A stretch of DNA of 64,000 bases from Eledone cirrhosa (GCA_964016885.1 OZ024745.1:55118001-55182000), one strand, 5' to 3'. Positions 26,771 through 42,600 are shown, counted from the stretch's first letter. Numbers and translations are program-made. Notes: generated from the sequence alone by a model not told the origin.

Positions 26771-28299
26771 TAACTCGGACACCGAATGAATTTCCGCTTC
26801 AGAGTTAAGAACAAAGTAAATAAATACAATACAGAGGTTATAATAAATTGTTGCAGTTCAAGCTTGATGCATTCATTTGAAAAGGAAATACATTCGTCTT
26901 GTTTTACTTTCAGCGAAAATGTTAATAATTTTCTCTTTAACCCATGCAAATGCATTTAGTCATTCAGCATTCATAGTGCTCCTTAAAAAAGATTTTATTC
27001 CTACAGTGTTGAAAACCAGAATTGTCAAGAGGATTTGTATCTGTTTCATAAATTTACTTAAGAACACTATCTAGATTATTTTCCAAGATAAATTTCAGCA
27101 GCTTAATTAATTTACAATATCCATGCATATCGGATCGACTATGGAATAATTTTAGTTCAGTTTCAAGATTTTCTTTGTCAATCATGAGATATGATTCAGT
27201 GGTCAGTAATATCTCTTCTGTAGGCACTTCATTCTTAAAACCAGTGAAGCCTTTCCTGTTCAGAAAATTTAGAAGCTATGAAGTGTTTAGTGAAAGAATA
27301 TCTGTCAATTGTATCTTGTAGAGAATGGACGTGTAATGCTGACGTCCATATGCTTCTTGAGAATAAATACACGTTGTGGTGATCTAGAGAAGAATCTTGG
27401 AATAGGCAAAATGTTAGAGAAAAATATTCTTACGTTCAGGGTAATACTTGCTGCATTAAATATCACGGTCCTTTTTAACCTTCATGTTATGCTCATTTAT
27501 TGAAGGTCTGTATGCTTCACTACGCTTCTCCTTAATATTTACGTTTCATAAAATTGACAGTAAAACCACATATTCCACAAGCTAGTTTGACTTATCATGT
27601 TTTTCATGCTTTTCTTTGATTTTGTTTATATTTCTTAAACGGTCTTTTGTCCACATTTCATCACCCCCAAACAGCAAACACGGGAAGCAAATCAATGCAT
27701 TTTTATCTTCACAGCTGCAGGGATAACTTTTCGTTGGTACCATTCAGAATTGAGCTACGAATATATCTTTCGTTGTTGCTTATTCCTGGCTGAAATATTT
27801 GAATATTAGGTGTTGAACTACTAAATTATCAAATCTCTTTATATATATTAGGACAATACGACAAATTAAAATAAATCTGAAAATAAAATTGCAAAAAATA
27901 ATAGAAAATACACTCAGAGGTGATTTTTATTAGTTACATAGGACCCAATTTTGATGCTAACTATGGTCTAGATTGGGGCTACCACGTTAACAAATCGATA
28001 TGTTGCATAAATATAATTGGAGTTGAAAAGTTTCGCTTTTGCGCAAATGCTATTTTCTGACATATATATAGTATCTTGTGATACGTCAGGCTTGTCGCAT
28101 GTAGCTAAGGTTTACACAATCGTAAAACAAACAGAAAATATGAACAATCATATATCAATATATACATATATTATTTCCGCGAATATATATCGCGGATACT
28201 ACTGCAAGGCAGACATTTCATACAGAAAATGAAACATTGTAAATAAAGATTATTTCGAAACAAAGACATTTAAACTTTAAACGCCAAATACCACCATCT

Positions 28300-29110
28300 T
28301 AAAAAATACATCAAAACACCACAGCTGAAACACATACATATTCATCTATGTGAAATACTGAATAGATTATGTGCCAGATTCCGAAATTGGTCTATCCTTT
28401 TTGCAGAAGTGCACAGAGAATGGGAGAATATGGGAACACTTTCTAAACTATGTACGTCACCATTCAGGATGCAAAACAAAATACATGTCGGAAATAATTT
28501 ATCATAAATACCCGCCACCGATTTCCAAAAACGTTCATATACCTCATCCTCAATGATACCTCCATGATTTCCTGGAAAATAAACCCCTACAAAATACAGG
28601 CTGACAATAAATATAGGAAGCACAAAAAATAGTTATCAAGTGTGTGCTTGATCCCAACGAAAGGTCTCCACGTGATATAATGATTTGGAAAGTAAGAACA
28701 GATAATATTGGCCAAAATGAGTTTAATGGCTGAAAGAAATAGTGGTGGGACCGGAACAGAAAAGTAGTATCAAATTAAATTGTGTTGTTTAGGACCACAT
28801 ATTGAAATCATTCCATATCATAGAAGACAGCGGTCCAACGAATGTACTGCATAATTACAAGATAAATAGGATATCTACGGACCTGCAATGAGGTGCTGGG
28901 AAGGTCCATACATATGTTGGAGCTACAAGATATTTACCAGCATGTTTGACCTAATGTTTGATTGAAACTGAGCAACAAACGACCATGATAATTTTCAAGA
29001 TCTATTTCACATATGTTAACATTTAACCAACAGCTAGCTAAATGCGCAAGATGTGGCAACAATATTGTTTTGCAGCCTTGACACGAAGGAGGTCGGGTAC
29101 ATTACAGTAA
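28300..29110 (+). mobile_element. Decayed RLE-type LINE 3' end (zinc knuckle / restriction-like endonuclease)
   Basis: KC...HHSGC knuckle remnant in ORF 28371-28556 and RDIMIW (cf. RPDIVIW) near 28670; ends at (TA)n. Confidence 0.35.
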
Positions 29111-29202
29111 TATATATATATATATATATATATATACTCAGCAAATAACACACGAACGCATACATACGTACGCAAAGACACACACACACACGCACACACA
29201 CT

Positions 29203-29277
<75 letters not shown>

Positions 29278-29699
29278 TTATATACTATAAGAATAGGAAA
29301 CAGGGATTCAGTGTTGCGTCATAACATATATAATAACATATTGCATATGTTTCTCTATCGATCAGCTCGAGGCAAGATCTATTATAGATCGCACCTGACT
29401 CTGTAATCGAAACTTCGTCTGATATGCTTAGTATATGAGATCGTCTCCGATACAACTATATATATATAGGTATGTATATCTTGATAGTCATATTCATATA
29501 CATATATGTGAGTGTATGTGTAAGGGCATATGTGGCGTGTGCGCCTGCATTTGTAACAATAACGATTAACATATATGGGCGGATTTAACTCCGGCTTCTT
29601 CTCATTTGTCGACTGGCCCAAGTCACCTTATTTAGCTAAAATCTACACTCTATTTTCATTTGTCGATTTTCTTCAATAGGTTATCGACATTCACTTTAG

Positions 29700-30400
29700 T
29701 ATATCAAATGTTCTGAGATCAAATTCAAGTTCTTTGGCTTCTTATATTCTCTCCCTCTTGAAGCTTTGTTATATGTTCTGAGCTTTGGGTTCATCTGCCA
29801 ATGTCACACTGGAAATCTGCGCCGATGTCTTCGAACTGCAGTGTGGCGCAGCGAGTGTTTTGAATATTACGTTTAACCTTGTACTGCCAGGTCGAAATCT
29901 TCCTTATGTCGTTCAGCGGAAATCGATGAATCGCGCCATTCGTTTGATTGTAGCTGTTATTTTCGATATATCAGTCTCACGAGGAGCATATATTTATACC
30001 TTGATCGTGACATTATAGATTACACTTACACGGCATCTAACTCCCGATCCAGGTACCCATCTTTCTGTGGAGAAGTCCCTAACACCACCGTGTTTGATAA
30101 TTCGTGTCCTGGGGTCATTACCCCAAGATGGGAATGTCACTGGTTCATTGTAATATCTATTGGTCCCTCATAAGCAACGAGGCATTTACTTCCAGAAGTA
30201 GTGAAAGAAGAGATACTCCAATATGATTGACAAGCTGCACACTGTACGACGACCACGGGTTAAAATTATGCTGAGGTGATATATATACGGTTGTGTCTAG
30301 CGTGGGACAATTCAGACATGGATTTATCAGCCCATTTCGTAGTGAGATTGACTATACTAATCGGAACTTCTTTCGGTCTTTATAATATGTACGTATGTAC
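29700..30400 (-). mobile_element. Decayed RTE-like RT fragment
   Basis: Minus strand GVSLLSLLLEV (cf. RGISLLSLPGKV) near 30190-30220. Confidence 0.35.
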
Positions 30401-31844
30401 TAAACAATAACCAAGCCTTTTCATATCTTCACGACAGAAACAGATAGCATTGGTCTTCTTCTCTATGTCTGCTTATCCAATAGAACAAGGTATTGCGCTG
30501 TAGTTCTACAACGATCTATCATAACGTTTATCACACCCACTCTAAGTATGGTAACAATTTATTCATTTATTCAAATGTGATATATCTAGGATTGCATAAT
30601 CAATTGTGTTTGTCCATTTAACATAGTAGTATGTGATTTTGAAGAAAATATATTCGAATCTCTAGCAGGATCTTAACTATATGTTTTGGGAAAATATAAT
30701 TTACGGATGCATGTCGCACTGATTGTGTTCTCCATTCACTATCATCACGTACATGACTATGTTTATGCATACATAATATTTATCTAATCAATATCATGCA
30801 CATATACATTCGAGAAGTTTATATTTATGGATATATGTAATAAATTGCATGACAAAATGGTTTATCTGATTATATATATCACTAGGGCTATTTAGAAATG
30901 TGTAAGCCATTCAAAAGTGTGTAATGTCTAATATAGAGTAGGGCTCATACTGGAAATAAATTATTTAGTGAAGAACACGCATAGCATTCATATAGAAATA
31001 CTAATTCGATTATTTAGGCTGAATAACTCAACAACTATATAAGGTATTTGAAAAGAAATACCAAATATATATATTATTGTTTCTTTTATTATAATATTAT
31101 ATAGATTTCTGGAAACTGTTACAATACATACTTATATTAGATTTATGGTGAGTGTGAACATCACAGCAGATAGAAAGCGGAATATATTCATGCTGTAAGA
31201 GGGAATCACGGTATTTGTGCGCTGGTGAATAGTGTGTTATTGGCACCGATTCAAAACACTGGGTTACGATGACCCTGTCAAATTTAATCGAATTGAGTAA
31301 TGGCAAACGAAATTCTCGCCAATTGATCAGCGTTAAATAAATGAATTGTATTCTCGAGAGAATGAGAATTGAATCCTTCACAAGATCTGTAATTCAGTGA
31401 AATACCATAACTATCACATCTTGGATGTAATAAACACCTTTCAGTGGACACCGACTTGACAATAACTTTCCGCACATCAATGATTTACTCTCCAATCATG
31501 TCTCGTGAATTTTGAGTTTTGATTGGATGTTGATAAAAGATGTAAGCCGACATGGGAAAATAAGCGTTGCAGTAATGCAGTACACTAACCTCCTTAGTAC
31601 TTCTTCAAATAGAATATCTGAAGCACAATCGTGAATTTATTTAATTTGCGTTATTATCTTCATATTCTCTCAATATGTAATATCTTTTGTAATGAAGTTG
31701 GTTTTGATGTACGAAATATATAAAACCTATTTCTTGTGTGATGTATATTCTTGCACTTGATTTCCAGAATCCTATTCATTTGGATATTTTCTAAAATGGT
31801 ACTAGTATTTGCTCACACAAGACGCAAATATAATATGAGAAAAC

Positions 31845-32580
31845 ATACAAATATTTTCGTGCCAACCCTTACGTATGGTCTTCAATATTTGACAATGACA
31901 GAAAGCGTCTTTCGAGTAACGTATGCATATATGTAACATATGTATAATATTTCTCTTAATTTCGAGTAAATTTCTGACCGGCCAATTTCCTGTAAGGTTG
32001 TAAAAGAAAATAAATTGTCATCCCTTGAATCACAAGAATGTTTTGATAATTTTGAAGATGCCAGCTATCGCAGCCTTTTGTAGTCTATGAATTAGGTAGC
32101 TGCGTTCTTTGTCCACATGTCCAAGTTCAGGCATACTTTGGTCCAGACGGATTGGTATATAACCTGTCTCTCCAATAATAATGAGTATGATGCTGAAGGT
32201 ATATCTTGGATACTGAATCTAAAAACCCCTCATCAATGGTCCGTAAATGTCCTACTTCTCATGTATTTTTCTTACAACGTTGATATCAATTGGGCAGCTG
32301 ATCTCTACCACAGAGCACTTTTTTCAATGTGTAGCCCCAAAGAACAATATCGAGCAGGTTGTGCTTTCATTTGGTGGCAGCTTTTATTTGCAGGTTCCAC
32401 CAGTATTCCTAGTTAAAGTTTCTAGTAACACTAAGAAGCTTGCACGATCGAGAATACGAACAGCTGAAATGGGATTCCTCCGAGAGGTCTTTGGAGTAAC
32501 GTTACTCGATAGAGTGCCTAGCTCGGAAATCAGAAAGTCACTCATGGTAGACCTACTACCTCTCTGAATTCAGAGGATCA
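31845..32580 (+). mobile_element. RTE LINE C-terminal fragment in two pieces (31845-31920 and 32445-32580)
   Basis: IFVPTLTYGLQYLTMTE, then RSRIRTAEMGFLREVFGVTLLDRVPSSEIRKSLMV; these motifs are adjacent in RTE ORFs. Confidence 0.7.
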
Positions 32581-32584
32581 GAAC

Positions 32585-34700
32585 CTTTGTAATGGGTGGT
32601 GGATTCTCTAAATGAAGCATTGCCAAAACATGATTCTGCAAATAGCGAAGAGAGTTTGGAAGTGTCTGTGAATACCTCACCATTTTGGTCATATATCACT
32701 AGCTCTTGTTTCGTTTTGGTGGGTTTGGATTTGATCATTTAGTTGGATATGCTCCATATGTCACCCATAGGCTCTAGGTTAGCGTTGCTAGCCCAGAAAT
32801 CATTTTTGGCTTGTTTTCTTAGCCGTTTAAACATTTTCTTTATGTTCTCTATATTTTTCAAATTGGAATCTGTAGTGTGGTATTTCAATTTTTTAAATGA
32901 CTGAGTCATTTCATTTATTGGTTGTGTTAGTTCTTCACTCCACCATCCCTTATTGTAGTTGTTATCATTATTGCTGTTATTTTGATTTCGAACGGAATAC
33001 CTGAAAGGAACTTTCTCAGTAATTGTATCCTCTATTTTGTTGACAAATAATTGAAGGCTTTTTTTTTAGCTCTTCAGGTTATTGGTCATTGTAAAATCTG
33101 TTGTTGAGTGATAGTTCTGCTTTTAAGTAATTAGTAAACTTAATCCAGTCAGTTTTGAGAAATTGATATTTACTTAATCTAGGCTTTATTTGGTGCGTTT
33201 GACAATAGCTCAGATTTTCATTGGTTTTAGGAATTTCAATATTAAAACTCTTGGTGATATGATGCACATTGTGGCTTAATTCCTAGTTTTCTATAAAGGG
33301 AGAGGCTGGGAGAGAAGAGCACACATTGTCTATTGTTGATGTTCTGTTGTTAAAATGTCGGTGGGTAGGGGAGTCTGGTATTGTATGAATAATAACGTTG
33401 TGTTTATTCTTAACCTCTAAGAGATATTCTCCTTCTTATTTGATGTATTTCCTGATTTTAGTATTATTGAATGTCTGATGTGCATTGAAGCCCTGAAAGT
33501 AGCATTTTGCTTTGTGGATTAGATATATCTAGGAAGTTTTCCATTTTTATTATTGTCTCTGTGATGTTTTGGGGGTTATAAATATTTACTACCTGGTGTT
33601 CATAAACGCAATATATATGGGGTTACAGTCCATTTTTATTATGTGTAATTTACAGATTAGTTTTGATCTAATCAGTGAGGCAACCTGATGCCCCATGATA
33701 CCATGTATTAGATATAAAAATGAAATTCTGTTAAGTCATGTAGCAGGGGTTCCTGAAAGAAGAATATGTCAAATGTTGAGCCATAACATTTTAAATAGTT
33801 TTTTTATGTGAAGGAGCAATTTTCGCACTTGTGATTTAAAATGAAGGCTGCCACTCTGCTCCCTTTCCAATCTCCATTGAGATTAGTGTACCCATGATTG
33901 AGTAAAGAATATTGGAATTGCTTGTCCACCAGTTCAATGTTGATGCTGCCGTGGATTTATTGGCTGTTGATTTTATTTTTATTTATTAGGAATCTCAGTG
34001 ACTGGAATTTGTAACCTAAAATATTTGTGGATAGGGAGTATTCATCTATTGTGATCACAATTCGGTGTGAGGGTTGGATAAGAATTAATCCACAATCTAC
34101 AAAGATTTCCACAATTAGGTGCTTAAAACTTTCCTGTAGGTATTTAGTTATTGTTACTGTTAATCTTTCGAATCTGTTTTCTACTTTTATTAGCTGTATA
34201 TCGTCTATTAGTATTCTGGTTATGTGTTTCTCTGAGAGACACTTATTAATTGTGGAGTACCATTTGTCATTGTTTTGGAGAACAAGGTGCTGGATGAGAT
34301 TTAAATTTGAAAGATATGTAGCTGTCCAGTTTATGTTTATCCCTGGATAGGAGGTTCTGGTTGTGTTTTGTTTAATTCATAACAGTACTTCTCATGTTTG
34401 CTGTTGCTGTATATGGCTTGTTTTATTTCCATCAGATCTTTTGAGTATCTGATTGGTTGTTGTGTTTAATTAACTCCTTTAATGCTGCTATGTCTTTTTC
34501 AATTTCGTTTAAGTTGGCCATCACATTCATTTGGTCGGATAGTGTTATTGATGTTGTTGGTGGTTATTCAGTGCTTCTGCTAACTTTATTAATCTCACTG
34601 AGGCTTCTTGGCCGTTGTTCTGATTTGCATCAGAATACCCGCCATAAGATGGAAGGTCATATTTGGTGTATTCATTGTGGATTTGTTTTCTGAGGTTTTG
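32585..34700 (-). mobile_element. Decayed I/Jockey-like LINE 5' half (ORF1-like region plus APE endonuclease)
   Basis: Minus strand PDSPTHRHFNNRTSTIDNV (APE PT...S.ID motif, ~33325-33385), then KTDWIKF and a ...WWS linker. Confidence 0.55.
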
Positions 34701-36300
34701 ATTTTATCCGCTTAGTTTTTTTTTTTTATTTATTTGATGTTATGTGTTTACATTCAGGAGTAATATCCTGGGATAAACTTGTAAAAGATCGCACGTCTGA
34801 TATAGTATGTATAAATGTTTTAAACTTTAAAAAAATATAATGGAATATCCGAAACTAAACATGAGCAAATAAAAAACATGAACATATCATTTCTAATAAA
34901 CCAATGTCAGTATACAATAATGGAATGGCTGTAAGTAGAATACGTTTGAGAAAAGGTCTATTTCGGCAGGATTCAGTGTTAAAGAACAACCACACTAGCA
35001 AAATTATTCGTTTAATTACCTTTCCCGGGAAGAACAAAAAGTACATTTCTGCTGTATTTAGTATGAACACTTCAATCAAAAGCATTAACATCTGCTTCGA
35101 AACCAATAAAATCTGTAACAACTTTTTACATTTCTACTAATAATCACGAGTGTGTTGTGTGGGGTTGCTAATTATTTATGCAATTATCTCTAACATCTAC
35201 ATGTTCGAATATGAATGAAACTCTATTTAACATTAAACTGACTTTTCTGAAACTTTAATATTGATTTTAAAAGTACAATAAATATGGCTTCATTTCTTCG
35301 ATATAAATTGACCTACTTTTTCAAAGATTTGAGCGATTAAAAAAAGTTATATCTATAAATATATAGATTTATATTTATACATAAAATATTATAGATTCAT
35401 GAATTGAAATGAAGAAACAAAAATTAATAACACACAGCTATTGGCGAATTCAAATCAAACAAGTTTATTAAGTCCTGCAGGGAGCATGCTTCGCGAAAAC
35501 AAAGATTTCCGGGTTTTGTCTCCCAAATTAAAATATATGATTATAGCTCTAATTTCGTTAGAAAATATTAAAATAAACTGATATTTTTTTCATTGTATAT
35601 TTTCTTTTGTTTACTATGAAACATATTTTCTTTAATTCAAGATAAATATACTTACTCATATTGTACGTCTATTTTAAAGGCAGCTTTCTAAAATGTGGCT
35701 GTCATCTATAGTAAGCCAAGTAACACGTAAATGTTTCCTGGTTGGTTTTAATAATACAGCGTAATTAAAATATCGGGGACTCATATAAAAGTATACAAGA
35801 ACTATTAAAAAAAAATCATTACATACGATTATGATAATGTATTTTGAACACATCCAAGATTACTGTTTATCGATTAAAAAAGCAAAGACGCAATTCTCGT
35901 TTCTACTTAATTTTAGCAGACATCATATTAAAAATGAAGGTGCTTTTAACTTAGAAAATGGATTAAATGTCTAGTTTCTGAATATATCTTAGCTTCCATC
36001 TGTTTTTTTATGTACTCATAAATTCCTTTTCATTTTGACCAAAAGAAAGATTAAGCGAAAAAGTTATTTTTTGTTCTTACTTCAAGTTGATTGATTCAAG
36101 ATTAAATATTGTTGTTATTTATATTATAGCTTTCCTAATCAATCCCCCTCCCAAAGCATGTCTAAAAACAGTTATCTCAACTTCTGGGGGATTATTGAAT
36201 ACATTTATGTTTGAAACGTTTGAGAATTAGAGATATGGTTATTGACATTTCATTTTAAATAAAAATTGTCTTATGTATGTATGCATACATACATACATGC

Positions 36301-36409
<109 letters not shown>

Positions 36410-36850
36410 TGACAGGAAGAAAGAAGGGAGATGGATGTTTAAAATAACATTATACGGAAAAACATTAAATGAATGAGCACTCAATACATGGTAAGGAATA
36501 GTTGAATTTCATCTTGTGAGTAGAAATATTTCAGTGCATGTTATGGTAAGATTAAACTTGTTTAAATAGGTTTATGTAGAGATACCGAGTTGTAAAATTT
36601 GGGAGTGTTGGAGAATCTCATTGTGACGTGGTAAAACAATATGTGTTTACGTGCGAGTATATAACTTTTTCATAGTATATTGTATTTCACAAAGGTAGAC
36701 AGTCACACATTTATACTGAATTATACCAATATACTTACTGTTCATACAACTTACACGCAGGCACAGACTGAATATACCACTTGCCTGTACGAGCAAACAA
36801 CAATTCACAAGATGAGTTTCAGCCAAATATTCAAGCAATACTCAAGTTAG

Positions 36851-36983
<133 letters not shown>

Positions 36984-38045
36984 TTCATATATACAATATA
37001 TGCTATTTTCCTTGAATGATCTGACATTAGGCGAGGAATATTAGAACAACAATTTTAATTTTACAATCTCCTAACAAATGTTCAAATCCCATTTAAATGA
37101 CAGCATATTATGCTTCGGGGTCCTGGTCTATTACGATATAACGAAAATATATGAGGATGTCAAAATAAAGGTTCATATCTGTTGAAGAAATGAATATCAT
37201 TCTGGTCTGTGGATGGTTAAGGAGAAAACACAACACAACACAGGGGAAAATAATGCAAACGCTATTACTACATTTTAAGGTGTATATCAATAAATCAGCA
37301 AATAGAATTTCAGTTATATTTATGCTTGCATTGAAATATTAAGTAATTTCACAACGATATGTATATATTATTTACTAGTGCTTTTTCGAAATACGATAGA
37401 CTTCATATATTTTACTGAAGTGTTTTGTAGAGTTACATAGGCTGATCACGTAAAATGATCATTCTTATTATCACCTTTGAACCAGCAGCAATGTTTTAGT
37501 AGTTGTTGTCATCTCATTCCATTTCTGACATCAATTATATTAGAAATTGTCCTGGGAAAAGGCAGCATAGACAGTTTTCCATCAAGATATACGTAATATA
37601 ATAATCTGAACTGTTGGCTTTATACACTTATGCATGATTTGTATCGTACAGACACATACACAGCAAAATTATGGAACCTGGGCATTTTCTTCCCTTTATT
37701 AATTATGTCTAATGTTACTTCTACAGAATTACTTGCAATAGTGTAACACTGTTTCTTGAATTGATACATTTCTCATGTGAACATCTATGTAGGGATGAAT
37801 GTATGACCGTATGGATGCTTTCTGATTATTCTATGTATTGTTCAAAATTTTAAGTTCAATTTTCGCGACCGTATGTAGCTTATGAAATGAAGCGCTGCTT
37901 TCATTCTCCAGGGAACCACATTCATAATATTTTTACTATGCTGGGGTTATATATCCCGTAGCTCCAATTATAATATGTATGAAACTGAACCTGTATTTTG
38001 GATATTAGATATGTAAAATCAACATCAATTGTCCGTAGTTATAAT

Positions 38046-38222
38046 TGTTTCTACGTTAGGCACAAGGCCAACAATTATCCAGTGCATTACTGGTACTTTA
38101 TTTTATCGACCCCGTAAGGATGAAAAGCAAAGTTAACCTTGGCGGGATTTGAACACAGGGCCGTAACTCTATACGTCAAATCATGGCGTCCGACCCTCTA
38201 CCAATACTGCCAATCCAACCTT
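38046..38222 (-). mobile_element. Young SINE family A copy with 18-bp target site duplication
   Basis: ATTGTCCGTAGTTATAAT at 38028-38045 and 38223-38240. Confidence 0.93.
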
Positions 38223-38349
38223 ATTGTCCGTAGTTATAATGTTATTTTATTATTCTTACTACGTTGAGTGGATGGCTGAATCCTACAAACGCATCTTTTT
38301 TACTCTATGGTGGGGATTCCGACTATAACTAGCCAGTAATATCTTGCCA

Positions 38350-38500
38350 GGCGGCGAATTAGCAGAGTCGATATAACGTCGGATAGAACGCTTAGCAGTA
38401 TTCATTCCGGCTCTCCTGCTCACTCAGAACAAATCCTCCTGCGGTCAACCTTTCATCCATTCAAGGTGAATGAATGAAGTGCCAGTCTAGTAATGGGATT
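38350..38500 (+). mobile_element. SINE family A, old copy
   Basis: GGCGGCGAATTAGCAGAGTCG...CTTTCATCCATTC...AAGTGCCAG. Confidence 0.6.
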
Positions 38501-39694
38501 AATTCTATCTCTATATCTCTTTCCCAAATCCATTCTCTCTCTGTAGCCTTCTCTGGGAGAAATATTTGCTATTTAGACTTGGAGAGGAGATGAGCTCCAC
38601 AAGGTTTAAAAGTGTCCTAGAAATCCTGTATTTCAATACGTCACCCCCACGATTTCCCGAGACGTTATGGGATAGAATACATCCAATATCTGATCAGCTG
38701 TATTCGCTTTTGGTCCGTATTTGTAAGAGCTGTAACATTGCAGTTGCCATTTGTTTACGTTAGCTCTCTTCTTTTCTCAATCTGCAATATGCAACGATGT
38801 GATCCGTCCATATCATCCTAGGTCCAGTCATTTTGGCATTATATGGTGCACAACTTAAGTTTCGAACGGGCCCATATGCGTAAGATGCGAAATCGTCCAT
38901 TCATATACTATTCCGCGGACGATGTATTATGATTGGTTTTAATGAATCTGATTATACTACACGCTAGACAACAATTTTGTACTTTTCCCAGAGCTACCAA
39001 ATCTAGACTTATCTGAAGAGATTTCACTCGCTTTGTCTTAACTTCATGGATGGTATGTGAGTATTGCTGAGTGTCAACTATTTCTCCAATTCACACAATA
39101 TCCTACAGATGATTGGTCCGGGGTTTCAGATTCGTCGGTCAAGAGCCCACATATATTACATCAAAGATCATATCAGTTAGCCATATACACACGCTTTTAG
39201 CAAGGTAGCTCTGCCGAGAACACTGAACCCGTAAGTAGTCGCGAACATTCAACATAATACTATATTTAGGTGTTCAGAATATAACGACATTATAAATTAG
39301 CCACATACGCTCATGATGGTACATTCGATCTAAAAGACAATCAAGGATGTAATTAATTCGCAGAACAATGAACTCCCCTAATTATATATAGATTTAAGTG
39401 CAACCTCATACGTGACTGTCTGTTGTTTTGCGATTATACACATATATTCACCACCACGCGCGCGCACCCACACACACACCAACACACAGGTACAAGTGAA
39501 CAGAAACACATTCACACAAATACTAACACTAACACACACATACGTATGCACAGGCACATACGTGAACACAAATATATTTAAGTAAGTTTGTGGGTGATGC
39601 AGGTTTGTAAATGTGTGCGCGTGGATATTGATATGCGTTCAGTAAAGAAGCACCATGCATACATTAAATTTCAATTATCATGTATCACTCTCTC

Positions 39695-42600
39695 TTTCGC
39701 TGGCACATTTCGGCCGAACGCCACCGGCTCCGAACGCCGCAGACCCGTTTCTCGACCTGGGCCGACGACCATCTTCTTGGACGCCGGCCCCAGGGCAATT
39801 TAGCACCCTGGACGCCTTCGTCGACGCCAGCCGTAGCGCAGTAAATCGTTTCGACTTCCGCCACCGTTCCTAACGGTACAATATCTCACGGGGCGAACTC
39901 CTCGCTCTCCGCTCCCTCCTTAGCCGAGATGACATCGTCATCAAACCGGCGGACAAGGGAGGCGCCGTATGGTGTGGCGCACGGACCTCTACACGGCCGA
40001 AGCACTCAGGCATCTCTGTAACCCCCTCTTCTACCGCCCTCTACCCTCCGATCCCACCCCCCTCTACCAACAACAAGTCTCCTCCACCATCAAAGACCTT
40101 ATCGCCTCCTCCCTCCTCCCCCCACCACTTCCCACCTCATCGTCCGCACCCCCCGCACCCCCACCATCTACTTCCTCCCCAAACTCCACAAACCCGACAA
40201 CCCCGGCCGCCACATCGTCTCCGCTTGCAACTGCCCCACCGAACTCATCTACGCCTTTCTCGACTCCATCCTCGCCCCCCTTGTCACCAACCTCCCCTCC
40301 CACATCACGGACACCAACCACGCCCTGCGCCTTTTCGACTCCTTCACCTACCCACCCGGCCCACAGCCCTTCCTCTTCACCCTAGACATCAAGTCCCTCT
40401 ATACCGTCATCCCCCCACGCCGACGGCCTACGCGCCCTCAAACACTACCTCGACCTTCGCCCCTCCCCCATTCCCTCCACCCCCACCCTCCTTCGCCTCG
40501 CCGAGCTGGTCCTCACCCTCAATTGTTTCTCCTTCTCGGGTGAGTTTTACCAACAGGTCACGGGGGTAGCCATGGGTACAAGAATGGGCCCGAACTATGC
40601 CAACATTTTTGTTGGCCATGTTGAGGCCCAAATCTTTGCCCAGTACACCGGCCCCACGCCCGAACTGTACGGTCGTTACATTGACGACTGTATCGGAGCC
40701 ACGACCCTCACCCGAGAACAGCTCGACTCCTTTCTCTCCTTCTTCTGCTCCTTCCACCCCTCCCTCCACCTCACCCCCTCTATCTCCACCACCCACGTCC
40801 ACTTTTTAGACATCTCCGTCGCCTTCGACCCCTCCCACCACTCCCTCGTCACCTCCGCCTTCTTCAAACCCACCGACGCCCACTCTTACCTCGACTTCAC
40901 TTCTTCCCACCCCACCCACACTAAACTCTCCATTCCCTACTCCCAACTTCTCAGGATCCGCCGCCTCTGTAGCCGAGATGCTGACTTCGAGTCCCAGGCC
41001 CTTTCCCTAGTCAGCCATTTCATCCGCAGAGGTTACCCCCCCCCCCCCCCTCTCGTCCACACCGCTCTCACCCGCTCCCGTGATGTGTCCCGCTCCACCA
41101 CCCTCACCCCACGCCACCGCACACCCACCCACCGTATCCCCTTCCCCATCACCTACCACCCCTCCATCTTACCCCTCCACCGCACCATCCGCCGCCTCTT
41201 CCGACGCCTAGAGTCCGACCCCTCCACCTCCCACATCTTCGCAACCCCACCACTCCCCTCCTTCAAACGCGCACGCAATCTCCGCACCCTGCTCGTCCAC
41301 AGCTCCCTACCTCCCAACCCACGCGATGTCCCCCCCCCGGTTCCTTTCCCTGTTCTAGGCCCCGCTGCAACACCTGTCCCCACATCACCAACACCACCAC
41401 CTTTCAGGGCCCCAACGGACACTCTCTCTCTGTCCGGCATGCCTTCCGCTGCACCTCCTCCAACCTAGTCTACGACTTATGTCGGACAGACGGGACGTCG
41501 CCTGGCGGACCGATTCACTGACCACCTCCGGGATATTCGTCTCGGTGGTAGTTCCCCACTCGCCCGCCACTTTGGTGGCCCTGGACATTCCGCACGCCAT
41601 CTCACAGTCTGTGGCCTACTCCAATGCCACGGAACACCCGCCAATCGCCTTAGAGTCGAACAAAGAACTATCTTCATCTTACAGACCCACACTCCCCCCG
41701 GCCTGAACTCCCCACCCTTATTCCTTTAGCCTTCGACCGCCCCCCTCCCCCACACTTATCCCCCACTAACACCACTAACACACCCCTCCTTTTCACCGCC
41801 CACCCCACAACTAACAATACTAACACCTCCACTCCACCCCTCATCCGACCACCCTTCCCCAGCTAACATACTAACATACCTCCCTTCTTCTCCTCCTCCC
41901 CCTCCTTATCACACGCACACACCCACCGGCACATATATACACGCGCTCACACTAAACACACACCCTACTACCAACACTAACCCTCACCGCCACACCTCTC
42001 ACCCCCACATCTCCATCCCACCACCCCGCAACTAACCTGCTAACACCCCCTGACCCCAAACACACGAACACACGCACCCACTTCACCACCCACCCCACAC
42101 GCAACTAACATCACTAACACCCCAACCCCACACACACGTACCCATACACTCTCGTACACCACCAACTCTACACACCCTACCACCACTAACCCCCACTCAC
42201 ACCTGCATTCAACCCTTCCCCACCTCCCGTATACTAACACCCACTAACACCCCTTCATCAAACTACACACACACCAGTACACCACACTCCCTCCATAGAA
42301 CTACACACACCCTTCTCTCCCCGCTCCACCCACACCCTCGCTCCACACTCACTCATCCCACTAACATCTCTACTAATACACACACACACACCCTCCTCAC
42401 TCCAACGTTCACACCTACCCATCCTCGCCCCTTTACCATTCCACCGACTGCTGCTATGCCCTCTGTCCACCTCCCAGCACAAACAGACACACAGCACTCC
42501 CACTGCTTGACCACTTCCTGTTGCGCGCGCACCCCACATCTCTCCTCTTCCGACCATCTCTTCATGGAATACTCGTATGTGGAACTTGACCACCACAGAA

